Source: a virus
Virus record (IMG/VR): IMGVR_UViG_3300030329_005813
Location: 108,362 to 172,361 of that record
Direction: 5' to 3' (one strand)
DNA: 64,000 nucleotides
Under the pieces are notes generated by a model. It made no database searches. It had not been told where the DNA came from and saw only the letters and a list, made by a program, of their open reading frames with translations. Below, one piece after another: positions 11,523 through 22,570 of the stretch. The translations under genes were made by a program, and so were the position numbers. The number at the start of each line of letters is the position of its first letter. Positions within the stretch are counted from its first letter, which is position 1.

Positions 11523-13124
11523 TTATTCCACTCTAAATTTAAATGTTTCCGGTTGCTCATCCCAAGACCCAACGGAGCCATTATAGTAAGCCACTTTGAT
11601 AGCATATGCGTATCCTGGTTCAAACAATCGCATATCAACGTCAAAATAGTTTCCTGAAACGTCGTATGACATTTGTGTGTGTAGCAAACTACCGGTGCCG
11701 TGTGGAATAACTTCAAGCTCATCTATGACTCTGTAAAATCTATAAGACCCACTATCAATAATATATGGAGTTGCCTCAACAGTGGCTTTAGTGTAAATAG
11801 TTGGGCACCAATCTTTTTGTCTGACATATAATCTAAAACGAGCTTGTTCATTCGTGGAATATATTGATTTTAAATTCGTAATGCTAGAAGCATAAGTTGT
11901 AGATGGATTTAAAGCAGGAGTATCAAACTTCTTGGGCCTAAATGATGAAGTTAAAAATTCTATTCTGCCGGTTTGATTATGAACGCCTGTGTTTGCCCAA
12001 ACAGCGTATACTTTCGTTATGTCAACTGTTGAGGAAGTAATTGCAAAAGATGCAGAGTATATTCCTGTTGAAACATAACCACCTGTAATCACTGTGTTGC
12101 CAGCCGCTTGAACGCCGCCACCTTGAGGAAGCAAAATTGATGATGTTGATGGAGATGTATTTCCTATAGATCCTGAATAGAGTTCTACAAAAAGAGGTCC
12201 AGTGCCGATGTCTGGAATATTTCTTAGTTGCCCTCTAACGTAGTTATACATATAAATTGTATTTAAGTTTTCTGCTTGCGGGGCCAACGAGCTACTAAAA
12301 AATATGTTGCCAGTGTCGTCTTTAGTAGCGCTATTCCATCGAGCCTCAAGGCAGGGACGCTTAAAGAAAAACTCAGTTCCCCTTGCAAAAAACTTCTTTG
12401 TATAGAACGAAGTAGTTGACCCAGTAAGATTATTTAAGTTTCCATCGTGGTCTGTTCCGGATGGATTTCCTTGAAAGTAGGCCTCTTGTGATCCTGTTAG
12501 GCGAACTATAAAGCCATGATTCTTTTTTGTGCCGTCAAGCCATTGTTCGACTAACGTTGTCACGTTAATTTTTAAATCCGCGGTTGGGCCGCTACCAGTT
12601 ACTCCTGATACACCTGCACCAAAAGATGCCGTATATGTAGGAGACTGGTGGAAATTTCCACCTTGCCTATCCCACGCAACCCGAACTCCATTGTCACCAT
12701 CTTCGGCATAAACCCAGTTACAACCACCATCTCCATTAGTTAGATCTGTATAGCCTTCCATATCTAGGCCTTTGCCTTCGGACCAATCTTTTTGTAGTGC
12801 CTCGATCACTAAAATTGCATTTTTTGGAAGAGTCTGACTATGTTCAGCGTTATACAATCTTAAATAAAAATCTACTTGGTTTGCAGCAGGTAAATCACCA
12901 TTGTTTCTATCGACTTTAATGGTATTTGCGGCGCCGGACAAATCAAACTTGATTAGGGCTCGCGCAAGCTCTTGAGACCCGGATGATTCTTGCCCATAGA
13001 TAGAAAATACTTCTAGTATATCAGATAAACCCATATTAGCACCAGTAGCTCGGGTTGTTAGATTACTTTGAAAAGCGTTTGTTATTGTGTTGTCTGCACT
13101 GGCATAATATCTCTTAATAGCCAT
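11523..13124 (-). CDS. Virion structural protein with a DNRLRE-like beta-sandwich domain
   Basis: ADNTI...N.GLSDILEV...RALIKFDLS...YLRLYNA...WSEG.G...DLKINVTTLVEQW...NHGFIVR pattern; located in the baseplate operon. Confidence 0.6.
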   Translation of the reverse strand: MAIKRYYASADNTITNAFQSNLTTRATGANMGLSDILEVFSIYGQESSGSQELARALIKFDLSGAANTIKVDRNNGDLPAANQVDFYLRLYNAEHSQTLPKNAILVIEALQKDWSEGKGLDMEGYTDLTNGDGGCNWVYAEDGDNGVRVAWDRQGGNFHQSPTYTASFGAGVSGVTGSGPTADLKINVTTLVEQWLDGTKKNHGFIVRLTGSQEAYFQGNPSGTDHDGNLNNLTGSTTSFYTKKFFARGTEFFFKRPCLEARWNSATKDDTGNIFFSSSLAPQAENLNTIYMYNYVRGQLRNIPDIGTGPLFVELYSGSIGNTSPSTSSILLPQGGGVQAAGNTVITGGYVSTGIYSASFAITSSTVDITKVYAVWANTGVHNQTGRIEFLTSSFRPKKFDTPALNPSTTYASSITNLKSIYSTNEQARFRLYVRQKDWCPTIYTKATVEATPYIIDSGSYRFYRVIDELEVIPHGTGSLLHTQMSYDVSGNYFDVDMRLFEPGYAYAIKVAYYNGSVGSWDEQPETFKFRVE

Positions 13125-14920
13125 TATTCAATCGTTCCTTTGATATCAGCATCAGGATATTTAAGTTCCATACACACATTGTCTGGCACACTTACAAATC
13201 TACCGTCCGCTGATAACTGCTGATTAAAATTCATAGATGTGCTTGAGTAAGCACCCGTGGTGCGAGGCATTATTTTTACGTTTTTAACATCGATGATTCC
13301 AGGCACGTCTTTATTTAAAATATTGTATATATCAGTAATATATAATCTTTCTCCCATGTATAGAGGCTGAGCATACATCGCGGCAATTGCATTCTGGGCG
13401 GCTGCCAACACTTGAAATTTATTAAAACTTGGGTCTGCTACGGCATGAAACTCAATTGCAAAATTAACTATTTTTCCGTCTAAAATATCAATCGTATCGT
13501 GAATCATTTTGTAGTTGTTTAACCACATTTTTAAATTTTCTTTCAATGTGTTATTAGCTTGAACAAGATAACGATTCTGATTTTCGGCTAAAACATACAT
13601 ATTTAAGTTTCTTTTGAAAGAGTCTGGGTCTTGTACCACCCGAATTCTTTTAATTGTTCCAAATTTTGGCGGCATAGCGTATGAAATAGCCTCAAAATCC
13701 TGTAGTGTAACAGCGCGATTTTGTGTTGCGAAATGATCATAAGCTCTTCGCTTGATTTCATCAGCCGTTGGGAAAGACACACTACCAACAATTGGCTCTT
13801 CGTTATATACTTCTATAGACTCTCTAATTGTTCTTTGGGTTGCGGTGGGCACCTTGTCAGGACTGTTGTAAGTTACAATGGCATTATCTACCTTATCTAC
13901 AGCACCAATTCTAGCATTTGTATTTCTAGTTGTATTTTCTCTATAGGTAATCGTTAATATTGTATTAGATGGACCGACGCCAAACTTGTCGGTTTCTAAT
14001 AGTTTTGCGGGATCAAAACTTGTATCACTAATAAACTCTCTACCGTGCATTTTTAATGCTATATTTGTTGGCTCCGCAACTGTTGTGGTTTTTAGCTCTG
14101 AGTCCGAACCATATCCAAATTGAAGATAATACTTTCCGTCTTCTCTTTCTACCACAAATCTTCTAGCGGCAACAAAAGGTTTCATAATTGCCGGGGTCGA
14201 ATCTCCGTCAGTGCCTCTATTCGTTACGGATTTATAGATTACATTTTGTGATAAATAGTCAACCTCGTGATATTCGTGCCCCTCTTCATCGACAACTGAT
14301 ACTATTTCTGTCAACTGTCGCGAAGACAATGGAATTTTTCTAAATTTTATAAAGTCTCCAATGGTTATTCGCTCTCTGCTGAACCCACCGGATATTATTT
14401 TACCATAAGCTTTTATAGCGTATGACGTAGGTATACCGGTTGAGTCGTTAACTCGTGCGGCCACAACTTCATTAAATGCATTATCAAATCGAACGTCTTC
14501 ATCCAATATGTATTTATTACCGGTTTGAGACGAGACTGTTGTACCTCTTTTTAAAATAGGCTTATATGTACTATTCGGACCAAGACCAACATCATTAGCT
14601 GGTACAATACAGAAAAATGCTGCGACACCCACAGCCGATGGAACGCCCCGATATTTAAATCCGAGTTGTTTCGATAATCTAACAACATTTGTAAACTCTG
14701 CTGTTGAGTCAAGAAATGATTCATTAACCTGATAGTCTAGATAAAAAGACATAATGTCGCCAACGTAAGCAACTGTATCTAATATTAAAGACCCAAATGA
14801 AGCTTGATTAAAATCTTTATATACTTCTGGATAATAACGCTTGGCATACTGTACCAGATCACTCTTGATAGTGTCGAATTCTCTGTTTGTGTATTTAATG
14901 GGTGTTTTTAAATTAGCCAT
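13124..14920 (-). CDS. Baseplate wedge subunit (T4 gp6 / baseplate J-like)
   Basis: YTNREFDTIKSDL...DFNQASFGSLILDTVAYVGDIMSFYLDYQVNESFL, LQFGYG, QNRAVTLQDFE. Confidence 0.9.
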   Translation of the reverse strand: MANLKTPIKYTNREFDTIKSDLVQYAKRYYPEVYKDFNQASFGSLILDTVAYVGDIMSFYLDYQVNESFLDSTAEFTNVVRLSKQLGFKYRGVPSAVGVAAFFCIVPANDVGLGPNSTYKPILKRGTTVSSQTGNKYILDEDVRFDNAFNEVVAARVNDSTGIPTSYAIKAYGKIISGGFSRERITIGDFIKFRKIPLSSRQLTEIVSVVDEEGHEYHEVDYLSQNVIYKSVTNRGTDGDSTPAIMKPFVAARRFVVEREDGKYYLQFGYGSDSELKTTTVAEPTNIALKMHGREFISDTSFDPAKLLETDKFGVGPSNTILTITYRENTTRNTNARIGAVDKVDNAIVTYNSPDKVPTATQRTIRESIEVYNEEPIVGSVSFPTADEIKRRAYDHFATQNRAVTLQDFEAISYAMPPKFGTIKRIRVVQDPDSFKRNLNMYVLAENQNRYLVQANNTLKENLKMWLNNYKMIHDTIDILDGKIVNFAIEFHAVADPSFNKFQVLAAAQNAIAAMYAQPLYMGERLYITDIYNILNKDVPGIIDVKNVKIMPRTTGAYSSTSMNFNQQLSADGRFVSVPDNVCMELKYPDADIKGTIE

Positions 14921-14941
14921 TCATTTCTTCCTTTCTTTTAA

Positions 14942-14949
14942 TAAATAGT
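14942..14949 (-). promoter_or_regulatory. ACTATTTA putative phage late promoter motif (representative copy; about 17 copies or variants in the window)
   Basis: Found in the sense orientation about 5-50 nt before gene starts; it flips to the + strand before the + strand genes (52493, 53624). Confidence 0.7.
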
Positions 14950-14952
14950 TTT

Positions 14953-15342
14953 CTAAGAAGAAACAGATAACTCTAAAACGTCTCTTTCGTTAAAAGGTAC
15001 TATTTTGTACTCAATTCTTAATCCCATAAAATTTTCAGGCAGGTCTGGATTGTTCAAAGGAGAATTGATGTATAATTTTTCTATTTTAACATATGGCAGA
15101 TAAGTTGCCAATTGTTCTTTTATTCTACCTTTTAAATCATTATATGTTATTTGAGTGTTTTGCCTAAATAAATATCTTTTTATTCCCACTCCAAAATTAA
15201 TATCCATTATACGTTCACCAGGATTAGTAAAGATTAGCATCTTTATATTTTGGGCGGCGACTTGCTTAATATCCTGTAATAGTTCATATGGACCATCTTC
15301 TAAAGAAGTATTTAAAGGTAATCTTGCTCCTAAACCTGGCAT
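14953..15342 (-). CDS. Baseplate wedge protein, gp25/GPW family
   Basis: QNIKMLIFTNPGERIMDINFGVGIKRYLF motif; 129 aa; adjacent to the gp6-like gene. Confidence 0.92.
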   Translation of the reverse strand: MPGLGARLPLNTSLEDGPYELLQDIKQVAAQNIKMLIFTNPGERIMDINFGVGIKRYLFRQNTQITYNDLKGRIKEQLATYLPYVKIEKLYINSPLNNPDLPENFMGLRIEYKIVPFNERDVLELSVSS

Positions 15343-15366
15343 TTTATTTCTCCTCTGTCTTAACTA

Positions 15367-18300
15367 TTAGTCTTCCGTAAAATCATCTTCTGGATCATAA
15401 CATAAGTTTCCATCTTTATCGTATGGCCTATCAACTTTCTTTTGCCAAAGGCGCACATTAAATTTTGGCCAGGGCGGGGCCGTATCTTGCCTGAGCATTT
15501 CTTCCATCTCTGTGCTTGTCAATGACTCACTAATATATAGTGGGTTTTCTAAATTATATAGGTCCATAAAATTGTGTGCAACTATTCTTTTTGTTCTACT
15601 AAACGCGTTTTTAAATTCCCATCTCTTAAAATTAACGGCAAATGGAGACAGGTTTAATCCTCCACCATAATATTCACTAGGGGCAAATGGACCACTGGGT
15701 TTATACCAACCGTCGTTATCTTCGCCTTGGCCGGGGCGGCCATGAGTATCGACCCACGCGCCGGGAAATTCATATGGGCCTTCCATTGTTCCATCAGCAC
15801 CCTCAGCCCCTGCCTTGCCAATAGAGGGCGGAAATGCGTTAATAATGTATACTGCTATGACTGACATAATTCTTGGCATATTAAAACAATATCTAAAAAG
15901 CATCTTGTACTCTGGACCACATACCAAGCCCTGTATTAACGGGGCCATACCACCTATACCATCATATGAATCATACCAACTTGCATCAGCTAAATCTGTA
16001 CCCATCGGCATAACTAACTCACTTTTTACTAGTGGTATGCTCATTGGATTTTCGTCTACATTAGAAGTACCTATGGAAAAAGCTTTATTATTTTGTCGTG
16101 TAGCAGCCGGATAATAAGAAGTTACTGTGCTGAGTAATTCTTTTAGATTAGAAGATTTTGGCAGTATGGATTCCGTACTTTTATTTGGTGGAACAAAAAC
16201 AATTCTTAACCCATAGGACCAGGATTGCCATAAATCAACTTTTTGAAGATTTAAAGGTTCAAAAATTGATGCCTTTGATGCTAACCAAGCTTGCCACTCT
16301 GAGGCCTTTACCACTCCGAATAAATGTGGGTCGCGACTCTGGACATGTTGCCGCCAAACTTTTGGTATTCCACTGGACTCAAGATCGCCATACTTAGACC
16401 TTAAACTACTAAGAACAGCCGTTGTATTTGCTGCGCCGGCGACAAGATTTACAAAATATTGCTCGTCGTAGTCCTCCACGTAAATATAACTCTCTAATAC
16501 AAAAGGTGAATAACGATTTTTACTTTCATTGGAAGGTTCAAGAGCGCTTGGAGACATAGGATTTAAGCGCTCTTCGGCGTCGGGATTTGAGTATTTTTCA
16601 AAAAAGATATTAGAATCTCCCGCATAGCCCGATATCTTGGGGTTGACCGCGTTATGCACAACGGCAAAAGGATTTGCTAAACTAGATGGTTTTGCAAAAG
16701 TATTAAAATCAATATTACCATAACACCCATATGTTGAATCACCCAAGAAAGCTTCATATAAAGTTTTGTACTCTGGTGGGATTCTTTTTGAAAACTCTCC
16801 GGAAATATAAGCCAACTCTTCTTTAATATATCTAGATAATATTATTTCTGCGTAGGGCTCCACTTCTCTCATAAAGTAGTCCCACGATCTTTCTTTTAAT
16901 TTTCTAGCTTCTTCAATACTAAGAGCATTGTCATTATTTAGTGGATTTAAAAATCCTTTTGATATATTTGCCAAGTGCTCACGAAATATACTAGGTGGCA
17001 TTACTCTTTTTAGTTTTTCGCCGGTATTAGCATATGGCTTATCGCTTGTAAGTGTAGGATCTTTTTTCCATATACCTTGCAGACCGTTAATGATATCAAC
17101 TGCTTCTTGTTCTTCTGTAGTGGCCTCGACCAAACCAGCGTCCAGCTTGCGACCAAAGTTTTGTACCGCTTGCTCTAAAAACTGAAAATAATACTCATCA
17201 TTTTTTCTTCTGCCAAAACCCTTAACTGAGTATTGTAGAAATCCGTCTTTTAATGTCTGAGTTATATATCGAGCCAAAAGACTATCATAAACTTCATTAA
17301 AGTCGGCCTTAAACTTAACAAAACTTGGCATGCCTTTGAGGACAGCTTCAGTAATATAGATTCTTATTGTTGATTTAATCAAGCCCTCTATCATTGAAGC
17401 TGTCGATCTTCTCATTACTTTGCCGCAGGGAGGCTCCAAAACACAATGAGAACTTTGATTTATTCTTGGATCGTCAGCTATTTTTTTGTGAAACTCCATC
17501 ACTTGCTTACCGATTTGTTTAAAATCAACAATATTTTTTCTTTTTGGGTCGCATGCATCAACTTCGGGTATCATTTTATCTGCTATTCCACACCATCCAT
17601 TTCTATTTTGTGGCGGCTGCATATAGAATGATGGAAAAACATCGTTTCCTCCAAATGCTATAGGGTCGATTGGTTCTGGAAGACCAGTTACTGGATGTCG
17701 ATGTGTCTTGTCTAGATTGATTTTTCTAGGGGCATATCTTACTGGATCATTTCCGCTGAAGGTGCTTCCACCTTCACCATAAAGAAATGCTGTATTGTTA
17801 TGTCCTATCATACTAGCTAATGAATTAAAAAGACTAGTATTAATATAGCCATACATTTCTGTTGCACATATTTCTGCAATATTACTAAAAGATTGAGCGA
17901 TTGCAGCACCTTCCATGATTGGGGTCGCTGCGGGCCACTCGTCTCTTAAGATTTTTTCTATGTATTTACCAAATACAACTCCTTGAGCCGATAGCCCAGC
18001 AGAACTAGCTATAGTATTATTTTTAATTTGATTAATTGTTTCTTTGACAGTTTTTATTACTTCGTCAATTGAAGTCTGTAGTTCGTCGCGAACATTTTGA
18101 AGTTCAGTTCGATCATAAGTTTGACCGCCAAATTGACCGGTATCTGGGGTTATTATTTGCTCTACATCTATTTCCCTAAGGGCAGGAAGTAGACCATTTT
18201 CTAAATGAGCATATTCATTTGATGGTGCATTTGAAATATTTACTGAATGCAAATCTAAAGTTAAATTAGTTGCATCAACATAAACTTTGTTTGAGTTGTA

Positions 18301-21300
18301 AATCTGTGAGGCCTCACGTATTTCAACCCTTAAATTGTATATTGCAGCTTCAATATCTGGATTTCCAGTTGTTTGAGTACTGGGTACCGTTGAACTATAG
18401 GGAAAGCCCGCAGTCATGACGCTTTCAATATCTAAGCCTAATTCATCTTCAATGTATTCTACTATATCTAATGGTATGCCTGGGTCTGTGTCGATTACTA
18501 CTGTTTCTTTGCCCTTTTCAACTTCTTCGTCTTCTGGTGGAAGAGCGTCAAAAGAATATTTAAAACTTTCAACTAGTTCCATTCTGTATCTGTTGTTAAG
18601 TGTTGTAGCATTATAATCTGAGGCAGTGTACTTAATCTTGAAAGAATACCAGTCTCTGTTCTTCTTAGGATAGTAGTTGCTATAAGAGAGAATTAAATCC
18701 GGGTTACCATTAGCTATAAATTGACGATTCATAAATTTATAACCTGCGTCGTGGTGGGCTTCTCCTGGATTTTTTAAGATATATTCTAAATATTTTGCTA
18801 CTGTTTCTGGTAGCAACATTTCACGGGTATTTTCTCTTGGACTAAAAATACCAAATATTGCCTGAAATGCTATAAATGCGTGATGGGAGGTTAAACTACG
18901 ACCATCCCTATCGGATAAAATCATATTTAAAAATCCGGCTGGTCCCATAAGATCCTGAATATATACTTGCTCAAGTATGGAATACATACCTTCAATGGCT
19001 CCAGCGGGACCAGAAGCCACAGCAATTGGGCCTGTAGGAAGCATTTCGGGCGAAGGATCGCGAGGTAGTATTCCAGGAACTGGACATGACGGATCCGAAT
19101 AATCATCTAATATTGGAGGCATATCCGCAAAAAGACCATTTTGTGCAATATTTGCTAAATCTTCTATGTCAGAGATTGCACGACATTTTAAAGATTTTAT
19201 TTGAGAGTCTACCAGCGCTGGATCTAAATTTTTATTGGTTAATAGCATTCTTCTTAAATTATCAACTTCTTCCGCGCCAGAAACATCTGAACAAACTTCT
19301 GGAAAAACTGGTAGACCTGGAGAGGTTCTTGTTCTAAATGCCGGATCGATCATCGCGCCCAATGACATAAAGAAGGCTTCTATTGCAGCATTATTTGGAA
19401 ATATGCATAAAAATGATCTATGCCTTAAATTAACCAAATGACCAATAGCGTCATACACTTCCTTTGCGGCTATTCCCTCAGTTAAATCAATAAATTCACC
19501 CTGTGTTAATACTAATCCGATTTCGTTTAGAAAAGCAGCCGATTCTTCAGCAGATGGTAAACTTTCGGCATCTGTACACGCTCTGCTAAAAGAACCAAAT
19601 AAATCTGCTGCTGCCTTATTAATTGTCTCGTCATCAGCTAATGGTAGTGGAATTCCCAGCGAAGATAAGCCAGTGTCACTAAGAGTGTCTTTGATTGAAT
19701 TGGCAAAATTATTTGAAGGGATATTCTCGAACAACCCAGAAGCCAAATCTCCCAAAAGACCTAGCAGGTTGCATATACCATTTAAAAGTATTTTTAAAAT
19801 CATATCTAATATGACTACAATGACTTTAACTGCTATTTGTATAATGGCTTCTAAAAGTCCATCCATCATCGATTTCATATTATCTGTTGTGGAAAACTTT
19901 GGTATTTCCGGCATTTCAATTGCCGCATTACCTCTATTAAAATCCAAATCTAAAGTCTTCATAAAAGAATCTAGCGGTGGATTAAATATTGGAGGAGGTG
20001 GACATTCACTCTTAATGAGTATTTTAGCTATTAATTCAGCTCCTGGAAACTTTTCTATTTCGGATAAAAGATAGTCAGTATCAACATTTTCTAATATACA
20101 ATCAACATATAGGCCCATATCGGCGTTCATCATATTGCTAGAGGCTGTACCTATTGTGCCAACATTGGCCGTCTGAGCCTCTGGTCTAAACTGTGCTGTT
20201 TGGCTAGCTACTGTTGCATTCTCATCGCCAACATTTAAATCAGCAACATTGTAGTTGTAGCTACCGGTTCTATAGCCAGATTCCCAAGGAGGTTGGGGGG
20301 CGCCACCTTTTTCAGTTACACAATTTTTAATTCTAGTTTGCATTTCAGGGGACAAGCCAGTAAATATTTTTTCAATATAGGCTGAGTCCATCGCCTTCAT
20401 TGCGGCACTAACAACTGCGTCTTGAGTATCGGCTAAACTAACCCCTTTCGTAAGGCACTCAAAAGCAGTATTTATTAAGTCTAGGAGGCCGCCTTGACCT
20501 AACTTATTAAGTATATTTTGAGATAATTCGTCTAAATTACTTGATTGCTCTAAAAGTTCTGGTAGCTTTAAAAATATGTTGTCGCCAAGCTGTAAACTAG
20601 AATTAGCAGAATTCTGAGCACGAGAAAGCATTCCTCCTAGATCACCAAGCTCGTTAAGATAATCAAGTTGTGAAGAAGAATCCCGACATACCTGAGATGA
20701 AAATTTTGCTGTTATTGCATCTGGTAGGCTAACAATCTTGTCAACAACGGCCTGTGCTGCCATATGCAGTGGATCATCCGATACTCCAGTAGATCCCAAC
20801 GGGCTGTTAACTTCATTAATAGTTATTTCTGGAAATGTATACTTGACGAAAAACTTATCCCATGCCATTGGCTTTCTTGCACCGGCGTCAGCAACTATGT
20901 CAGGCAAAGCAGCTATATATGCCATTGTGCGCGGATCATTGATTGGTTCTAAATCTTTAAACCCTCCAAGATTATCCCCTTCTTTTTTCCATAACAGCTC
21001 AACTGGCTCACAATATGGTTCATTAGCTTGACCATATATTACTTGGTATTCTTCATTAAATCTAAACTCTACTCTTTCAGCTGCCCCAGGACCATTTAAT
21101 TTAAAGCCGTTTCTATTCATTAAAGATACCAGAACAGGAACAAATTTCTTTAATTTTCTGATTTCTTCATTAGGATCAAAATTAGGTATTACTTGGCCGG
21201 TTTCATATGACCACAGTGCATACTGATGGCCGTAATATCTAAATGCTTCGCACACTTGACGAATCATAAGGCGAATCTTTGGAGCCTCTAACACAACGCC

Positions 21301-22548
21301 TACAGGACCAGCGGGTGGTTCCTCTATTGACTCGTCAACAGTAGGACTAAACTGTATTGACTCTATTAGTGCAACCGGAACGCACACTAAAGTTTTAATT
21401 GGCATTAAGTTCCTTAAAGGAACATCATATTCTTTTGCGGCTGCTTCATTTAAAACAGTTTGTCTAGTGGACGCGTCAAGAGGAGTTTTTTCAAAATTTT
21501 CTAATATTAATTCAACACCCGAAACTTTTTGTGCCTCAAGAAACGCTTCTCTGCTAGTGATATCATTCAATATTGATATGTTTGTTTCGTTTGATACTAC
21601 AGTTACGCAGTACTCACAAGTTTTTCTATTTAAAAATACCTCTCCGTGCCCATTGGTTCTCCAATTTGGCACTGGAGCGCTAGCATTTGGGATACATACC
21701 GGGCATTCTTCTGGAACAAAAGGCGCCTCGGATGTTGCACAAGGCCCAACTGCATTGCCGGCAGCTAAGTTTGCTTGATATTCCTCTTCTGATAAGCCAA
21801 ATGTGCCGGCTGGTGCCGCACTATCTTCAAATGTATTTACTTCAAATTCATATTCTTCACCGGTGCCGCGTGCAATACCCGAACCCGGTGGGGCGACACC
21901 TCGCTGTCCCGACACCAGTCCTGGACGATGATCTGCTATATGCTCCGCTACTTGAATTAAATATCCTAGCTCGCCGCGGCGATTCCCAACGTGTTCAAAT
22001 TGATATTTGTTTCCATATTGATCAACGCCGCCCGGAGCCCTGCTGTCAGGGTCTCCAAGAAGAGCAAACTTTGGTCCTTGATGATCATTTTGGGACCACT
22101 CATGGACAGTATATTTTTCTACATCTTTAAGATAATTTATAAGATCTTGGTCGGAAGCATAGGACACATAATTTGGCAATACAGTATCTTTTAAATACCT
22201 TACCATTCCCTCCGGATCGCCCCAAATATAAAAATCACAGTCTGAGCCTCCGGGTTTAGCCCATTCAGTTTCGTCGCAGTTATCATATTGATCCTTAAGA
22301 GAGGTTGGACTACCTGTCGATATATTCCAAACTGCGTAATGAGTATTATACCCTCGATCAACGGCGTACTGCGCTATAAATAATAATCTTTCAAGACCTT
22401 TTTTAAAATATTCTAAGGCCTGTGTCTCATCATCGATTCTAATAGATTCGCGAAGACCTGGATCTACTGCATTATAGCCATGCACATCTGAGGAATCACC
22501 GTATATAGGGTCGATTGGATAATCAACTAAAACAAAAGGGTAAGGCAT
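15367..22548 (-). CDS. Large hypothetical protein, 2393 aa, probably virion-associated
   Basis: Acidic, largely helical-looking ORF with CxxC pairs (CPVC, CEYC), between the spike candidate and gp25; preceded by an ACTAATTA motif. Confidence 0.65.
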   Translation of the reverse strand: MPYPFVLVDYPIDPIYGDSSDVHGYNAVDPGLRESIRIDDETQALEYFKKGLERLLFIAQYAVDRGYNTHYAVWNISTGSPTSLKDQYDNCDETEWAKPGGSDCDFYIWGDPEGMVRYLKDTVLPNYVSYASDQDLINYLKDVEKYTVHEWSQNDHQGPKFALLGDPDSRAPGGVDQYGNKYQFEHVGNRRGELGYLIQVAEHIADHRPGLVSGQRGVAPPGSGIARGTGEEYEFEVNTFEDSAAPAGTFGLSEEEYQANLAAGNAVGPCATSEAPFVPEECPVCIPNASAPVPNWRTNGHGEVFLNRKTCEYCVTVVSNETNISILNDITSREAFLEAQKVSGVELILENFEKTPLDASTRQTVLNEAAAKEYDVPLRNLMPIKTLVCVPVALIESIQFSPTVDESIEEPPAGPVGVVLEAPKIRLMIRQVCEAFRYYGHQYALWSYETGQVIPNFDPNEEIRKLKKFVPVLVSLMNRNGFKLNGPGAAERVEFRFNEEYQVIYGQANEPYCEPVELLWKKEGDNLGGFKDLEPINDPRTMAYIAALPDIVADAGARKPMAWDKFFVKYTFPEITINEVNSPLGSTGVSDDPLHMAAQAVVDKIVSLPDAITAKFSSQVCRDSSSQLDYLNELGDLGGMLSRAQNSANSSLQLGDNIFLKLPELLEQSSNLDELSQNILNKLGQGGLLDLINTAFECLTKGVSLADTQDAVVSAAMKAMDSAYIEKIFTGLSPEMQTRIKNCVTEKGGAPQPPWESGYRTGSYNYNVADLNVGDENATVASQTAQFRPEAQTANVGTIGTASSNMMNADMGLYVDCILENVDTDYLLSEIEKFPGAELIAKILIKSECPPPPIFNPPLDSFMKTLDLDFNRGNAAIEMPEIPKFSTTDNMKSMMDGLLEAIIQIAVKVIVVILDMILKILLNGICNLLGLLGDLASGLFENIPSNNFANSIKDTLSDTGLSSLGIPLPLADDETINKAAADLFGSFSRACTDAESLPSAEESAAFLNEIGLVLTQGEFIDLTEGIAAKEVYDAIGHLVNLRHRSFLCIFPNNAAIEAFFMSLGAMIDPAFRTRTSPGLPVFPEVCSDVSGAEEVDNLRRMLLTNKNLDPALVDSQIKSLKCRAISDIEDLANIAQNGLFADMPPILDDYSDPSCPVPGILPRDPSPEMLPTGPIAVASGPAGAIEGMYSILEQVYIQDLMGPAGFLNMILSDRDGRSLTSHHAFIAFQAIFGIFSPRENTREMLLPETVAKYLEYILKNPGEAHHDAGYKFMNRQFIANGNPDLILSYSNYYPKKNRDWYSFKIKYTASDYNATTLNNRYRMELVESFKYSFDALPPEDEEVEKGKETVVIDTDPGIPLDIVEYIEDELGLDIESVMTAGFPYSSTVPSTQTTGNPDIEAAIYNLRVEIREASQIYNSNKVYVDATNLTLDLHSVNISNAPSNEYAHLENGLLPALREIDVEQIITPDTGQFGGQTYDRTELQNVRDELQTSIDEVIKTVKETINQIKNNTIASSAGLSAQGVVFGKYIEKILRDEWPAATPIMEGAAIAQSFSNIAEICATEMYGYINTSLFNSLASMIGHNNTAFLYGEGGSTFSGNDPVRYAPRKINLDKTHRHPVTGLPEPIDPIAFGGNDVFPSFYMQPPQNRNGWCGIADKMIPEVDACDPKRKNIVDFKQIGKQVMEFHKKIADDPRINQSSHCVLEPPCGKVMRRSTASMIEGLIKSTIRIYITEAVLKGMPSFVKFKADFNEVYDSLLARYITQTLKDGFLQYSVKGFGRRKNDEYYFQFLEQAVQNFGRKLDAGLVEATTEEQEAVDIINGLQGIWKKDPTLTSDKPYANTGEKLKRVMPPSIFREHLANISKGFLNPLNNDNALSIEEARKLKERSWDYFMREVEPYAEIILSRYIKEELAYISGEFSKRIPPEYKTLYEAFLGDSTYGCYGNIDFNTFAKPSSLANPFAVVHNAVNPKISGYAGDSNIFFEKYSNPDAEERLNPMSPSALEPSNESKNRYSPFVLESYIYVEDYDEQYFVNLVAGAANTTAVLSSLRSKYGDLESSGIPKVWRQHVQSRDPHLFGVVKASEWQAWLASKASIFEPLNLQKVDLWQSWSYGLRIVFVPPNKSTESILPKSSNLKELLSTVTSYYPAATRQNNKAFSIGTSNVDENPMSIPLVKSELVMPMGTDLADASWYDSYDGIGGMAPLIQGLVCGPEYKMLFRYCFNMPRIMSVIAVYIINAFPPSIGKAGAEGADGTMEGPYEFPGAWVDTHGRPGQGEDNDGWYKPSGPFAPSEYYGGGLNLSPFAVNFKRWEFKNAFSRTKRIVAHNFMDLYNLENPLYISESLTSTEMEEMLRQDTAPPWPKFNVRLWQKKVDRPYDKDGNLCYDPEDDFTED

Positions 22549-22570
22549 TTAATATATTCCGACTCTATAA

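Noticed and set aside
2161-22548. Inteins or introns in the giant ORFs
   Set aside because: No convincing intein N-terminal block with an HN-C/S/T junction or LAGLIDADG motif was seen, and the frames are uninterrupted.
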